A stretch of 64,000 nt of DNA from positions 960,001 through 1,024,000 of the forward strand of contig CAVSDR010000006.1 of NCBI GenBank assembly GCA_963726745.1. Direction: 5' to 3'. The notes under the pieces are model-generated. The model did no database searches. It saw only the letters and a program-made list of their open reading frames with translations, and was not told the origin of the DNA. The translations under genes were made by a program, and so were the position numbers. Below, in pieces: positions 61,152-64,000 of the stretch; the first letter of the stretch is position 1; the number at the start of each line of letters is the position of its first letter. This DNA is from an uncultured Verrucomicrobiae bacterium (GTDB taxonomy: Bacteria > Verrucomicrobiota > Verrucomicrobiia > Chthoniobacterales > UBA10450).

Positions 61152-62844
61152 CTCTCCCGGTCTTCTCGAGGAGCGACCGCACTAGCTTCATCCGCTCCTT
61201 GAGCGCGCGGCGCGTGCGGAGGCGCTTCATGGTGAAGCGGAGGCGCTGGCTCCAGTTCGAATCGGCCGCGGTCCCGGGGACGTTGAAACGCTCGGTCCCG
61301 CCGAGCAGGTCGGTGATCATGACGATGGCCATCCAGGAATTGCTCCGGAAAAGGCCGCGCAAGCTTGCCGGGTAAAAGTCGCGCTCGTAGTCCGGCGTTC
61401 TCGCCGAGGGCTTCGATCCCCGCAAAGCGCGCGATCTTCTCGAGATCGCCGCGGGCTTGTTCGCGCGTCGGGCTTTCCGGATCGAAAGCTTCGTCCCACA
61501 GCGCGCGCATCGGCTTGTGATCGTGCGTAGCGTAGGTCGCGACCGAGAGCCGCTCGTATTCCTCGCCCGGGGACGATCCGGCCATCCGGCGTGCTCTCCC
61601 ACTGCGGAATCTTGAAGCCGGCTAATGCCTAACGACTGCAAGCTTGGCCGCACGTAAGGCGGCACCGTGCCGAGGTCCTCGCCCACGAGCCGCGTGCTCC
61701 CGGCGGCTTCCAGGGCCATGCGCAAATATTCTTCGCCCTCGCGGCGATTCGCCGCGGCGCGGTCCGGCGCTTCGTCATCGCGCGGTGCGAAGCCGGGGGC
61801 GCGGCCGCCGGTTTTTTCCAGCATCTCTTCGCACGACAACGGGAGAAACTCGGGATTCCGCTGCGGCCGCCAGGGGAAGGCGTAGATCCGGTAGAAGCCG
61901 AGCACGTGATCGATCCGGAAGACGTGAAAGATCCGCCGCACCCCGCGCACGCGCTGCCGCCACCAGGCGAAGTCATGCGCCCGCATTGCCTCCCAATTAT
62001 ACAGCGGGATGCCCCAGTTTTGCCCCCACTTCTGGGTGAACTCGTCGTCCTTGAAGTAAGGCTCCGGGGGCGCGCCGCCCGACCAATCGAGCTTAAAACG
62101 ATCGGGCCAGGAGTAGACGTCGGCGCTGTAGTAGCTCACGCCAAAAGGGATGTCGCCCATGAGTGCGACGCCACGCTCGTCGGCATAATTTTTCACTGCG
62201 ATCCACTGGTCGTAGGCGAGCCATTGGACGTAGCGGAAAAATTGCGCGCGCTCCGCGAAACGCTCCTGCGCTGCGGCCGGCTCCGCTTTCAGCCAGGCAT
62301 GCGCCGCTTCCACCGACTGGTGCTCTTCCCGCCAAAGATCCCAGGCTTCGCTCTCGCCGTTCTCCTCCATGAGCACGCGGAAAAAGACATAAGGCTCGAG
62401 CCAGGAGGCTTCCTTTTCGCAGAAAGCAGTGAAGCTCTCGGCGGCATCCGCGCGCCCTTGGAAACGGGCGAAAGCTTTCTCGAGCAAGGCGCGCTTGAGC
62501 TTCCGCACCTCCCGGTAGCTCACTGGTCCCGTGCGCAATTTAGCCAGCGAGATGGCGGCCAGAACCTCATCGTAATCCTCCTGCGTGAGGTCCTCTGGTG
62601 AGCCCGGGGCAAGATGTAAGGTCAGCGGCTCGATCGCAGTCGCGCTGATCGCATTGTAAGGGCTGTTGTCCCCGCCGGTTTCGTTGATCGGCAGGAGCTG
62701 CACGAGCTTGAACCCAATACTCGCGGCCCAGTCGACGAACTGCCGGAGCGCCGCGAGGTCGCCAATCCCGAGATCGTCCTCCGTGCGCAAGGCGAAGAGC
62801 GGAGTGAGCACGCCGGCTATTTTTTGGTCAGGGGAGAGGGTCAT
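61147..62844 (-). CDS. malQ: 4-alpha-glucanotransferase, GH77 (two compensating apparent frameshifts near 61622 and 61400)
   Basis: GIGD, QLLPIN, SPY, GDIP.GV, GAPP, GQNWG.P.Y, RIDH.LG, GEDLG, THD in shifted frame, NVPGT...NW. Confidence 0.92.
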   Translation of the reverse strand: MTLSPDQKIAGVLTPLFALRTEDDLGIGDLAALRQFVDWAASIGFKLVQLLPINETGGDNSPYNAISATAIEPLTLHLAPGSPEDLTQEDYDEVLAAISLAKLRTGPVSYREVRKLKRALLEKAFARFQGRADAAESFTAFCEKEASWLEPYVFFRVLMEENGESEAWDLWREEHQSVEAAHAWLKAEPAAAQERFAERAQFFRYVQWLAYDQWIAVKNYADERGVALMGDIPFGVSYYSADVYSWPDRFKLDWSGGAPPEPYFKDDEFTQKWGQNWGIPLYNWEAMRAHDFAWWRQRVRGVRRIFHVFRIDHVLGFYRIYAFPWRPQRNPEFLPLSCEEMLEKTGGRAPGFAPRDDEAPDRAAANRREGEEYLRMALEAAGSTRLVGEDLGTVPPYVRPSLQSLGISRLQDSAVGEHAGWPDRPRARNTSGSRSRPTLRTITSRCARCGTKLSIRKARRANKPAAISRRSRALRGSKPSARTPDYERDFYPASLRGLFRSNSWMAIVMITDLLGGTERFNVPGTAADSNWSQRLRFTMKRLRTRRALKERMKLVRSLLEKTGRV

Positions 62845-62850
62845 TTGGGT

Positions 62851-62930
62851 CCACAGATTACGCAGATTTCACGGATTGTTTTACCAACAGATTCACCTCA
62901 TAGAACTGCGCTCATCGGCGGGATCTGTGG
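62851..62930. repeat. degenerate inverted-repeat element built from 9-bp tandem units (CACAGATT/ATCTGTG)
   Basis: CCACAGATT ACGCAGATT TCACGGATT ... AACTGCG ATCGGCG ATCTGTGG. Confidence 0.7.
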
Positions 62931-62936
62931 GACAAC

Positions 62937-64000
62937 TCACCGCCGCGAGACCTGCCAGTCTTCGAGGAGCTCGGTTGGGATCTCTTTCAGGAAGCGCGAG
63001 GGGCGCTGGAACATCTCGCCGTAGCCGGCGTTCAGGCGCATGTGCGGGTAGGTCAGATAAAGCTCGTCGCGGGCGCGCGTGACCGCGACGTAAAACAGCC
63101 GGCGCTCTTCCTCGATCGCTTCGCGGGTGTCGAGCGAGCGGGTGCTGGGAAACATCCCATCGGTCAGCCAGATGACGAAGACGGTGTGATACTCCAGGCC
63201 TTTCGCCTGGTGCACGGAGGAAAGGTTCACCGCTTCCTTGTCCTCGTTAGGCTGCGGCGCGGCCTCGGCGTCGACGTTGCTGATCAAGGCGAGCTGCGCG
63301 AGGAACTCGTTCACGTCTTTGAACTGCCGCGAGAAAGCTGCGAGCTGGTTCAGGTCTTCGCGCCGGAGCTCGTAGTTGCTGAAGTTCGCCTTGGCGTAGT
63401 CGTCGTAGATCGCTTCCACGATCGAGGTGATCATTTCCGCGGGCGGGTTCGGCACTCCGCCCGGCGCGATCTCGTCCAAAGTGTAGGCTAATTGCTCCCA
63501 CGATTTCTTCGAGCGCGCGCCTACCGGCAACGCGCGCAGGCGTTCGCCCCAGTTCTTCAGGTCGCCGTCCGCCTCGAGCGATTTCTCCCAGGCGCTCCAG
63601 AGCCCGTCGGCGCTTTTGTTCCCGATACCGGGGAGAAGCTTCACCATCCGCTTGAACGCCACTTCGTCGCGCGGGTTGGCCACGAAGCGGATGAAGGCGG
63701 CCACGTCCTTGATGTGCGCCTGCTCGAAGAAACGCACCCCGCTGGTGATCTGGTAAGGGATGCCGCGGCGCGAGAGTTCGAGCTGCAGTTCGACCGCGTG
63801 ATAATGCGCGCGATAAAGCACCGCGATCTCGTCCAGCTCGATGCCTTCATCGCGCAACTCCAGGATGCGCTGCGCGACGAAGCGCGGCCTGCTCGCCGCC
63901 ATCGTTCAAGCGCCACCACCGCGGGCTTGAGCTCATTCGTCGGCGCGCGTGGAGCTGAGCTCTTTTTTGAACTGCTCCACGTTCGGCGCGATCGCTGCGT
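62937..64000 (-). CDS. UvrD/PcrA-family ATP-dependent helicase (5'-truncated; apparent frameshift near 63890)
   Basis: IAVLYRA, FFE..HIKD, LPGIG, LSSVHQAKGLEY, EERRLFYVAVTRA, PSRFL.EI. Confidence 0.92.

Overview
64 kb of high-GC (about 65%, estimated by eye) bacterial chromosome, densely packed with housekeeping genes: dxs, rodA, scpA, cdaA, folP/folB, rnr, rpoN plus an NtrC-type activator, mrdA, secG, mtnA, mazG, pckG, a tandem-fused uvrA, lgt, an ExbB/ExbD/TonB-type trio, an ATP-dependent ligase, purD/purC, rnc, thiD, trpC, gatCA, mdh, malQ, a uvrD/pcrA helicase and one tRNA-Thr(CGT). Gene content suggests Verrucomicrobiota (Spartobacteria/Chthoniobacterales-like); this is inference only. 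No integrase, transposase, prophage or CRISPR array was seen. About 15 apparent single-base frameshifts in conserved genes are most likely long-read assembly indels. The most unusual signal is not a gene. Two related non-palindromic 9-mers with a G[CG]CTAA core, GCCTAACGA (29 exact copies by hand count) and GYYGGCTAA (28 copies), occur on both strands at about one per 1.1 kb combined. They are embedded in several reading frames through otherwise rare codons and often overlap stop codons, which resembles DNA-uptake sequences or genome-wide protein-binding sites. Other points of interest: four ORF-less intergenic hairpins built from short tandem repeats; a candidate sigma-54 promoter in front of two paralogous small secreted coiled-coil proteins between rpoN and its activator; a split DR2241/CbiX cluster; a three-gene orphan insert; a LigC-coupled unknown gene; and a catalytically dead S41 peptidase homolog.
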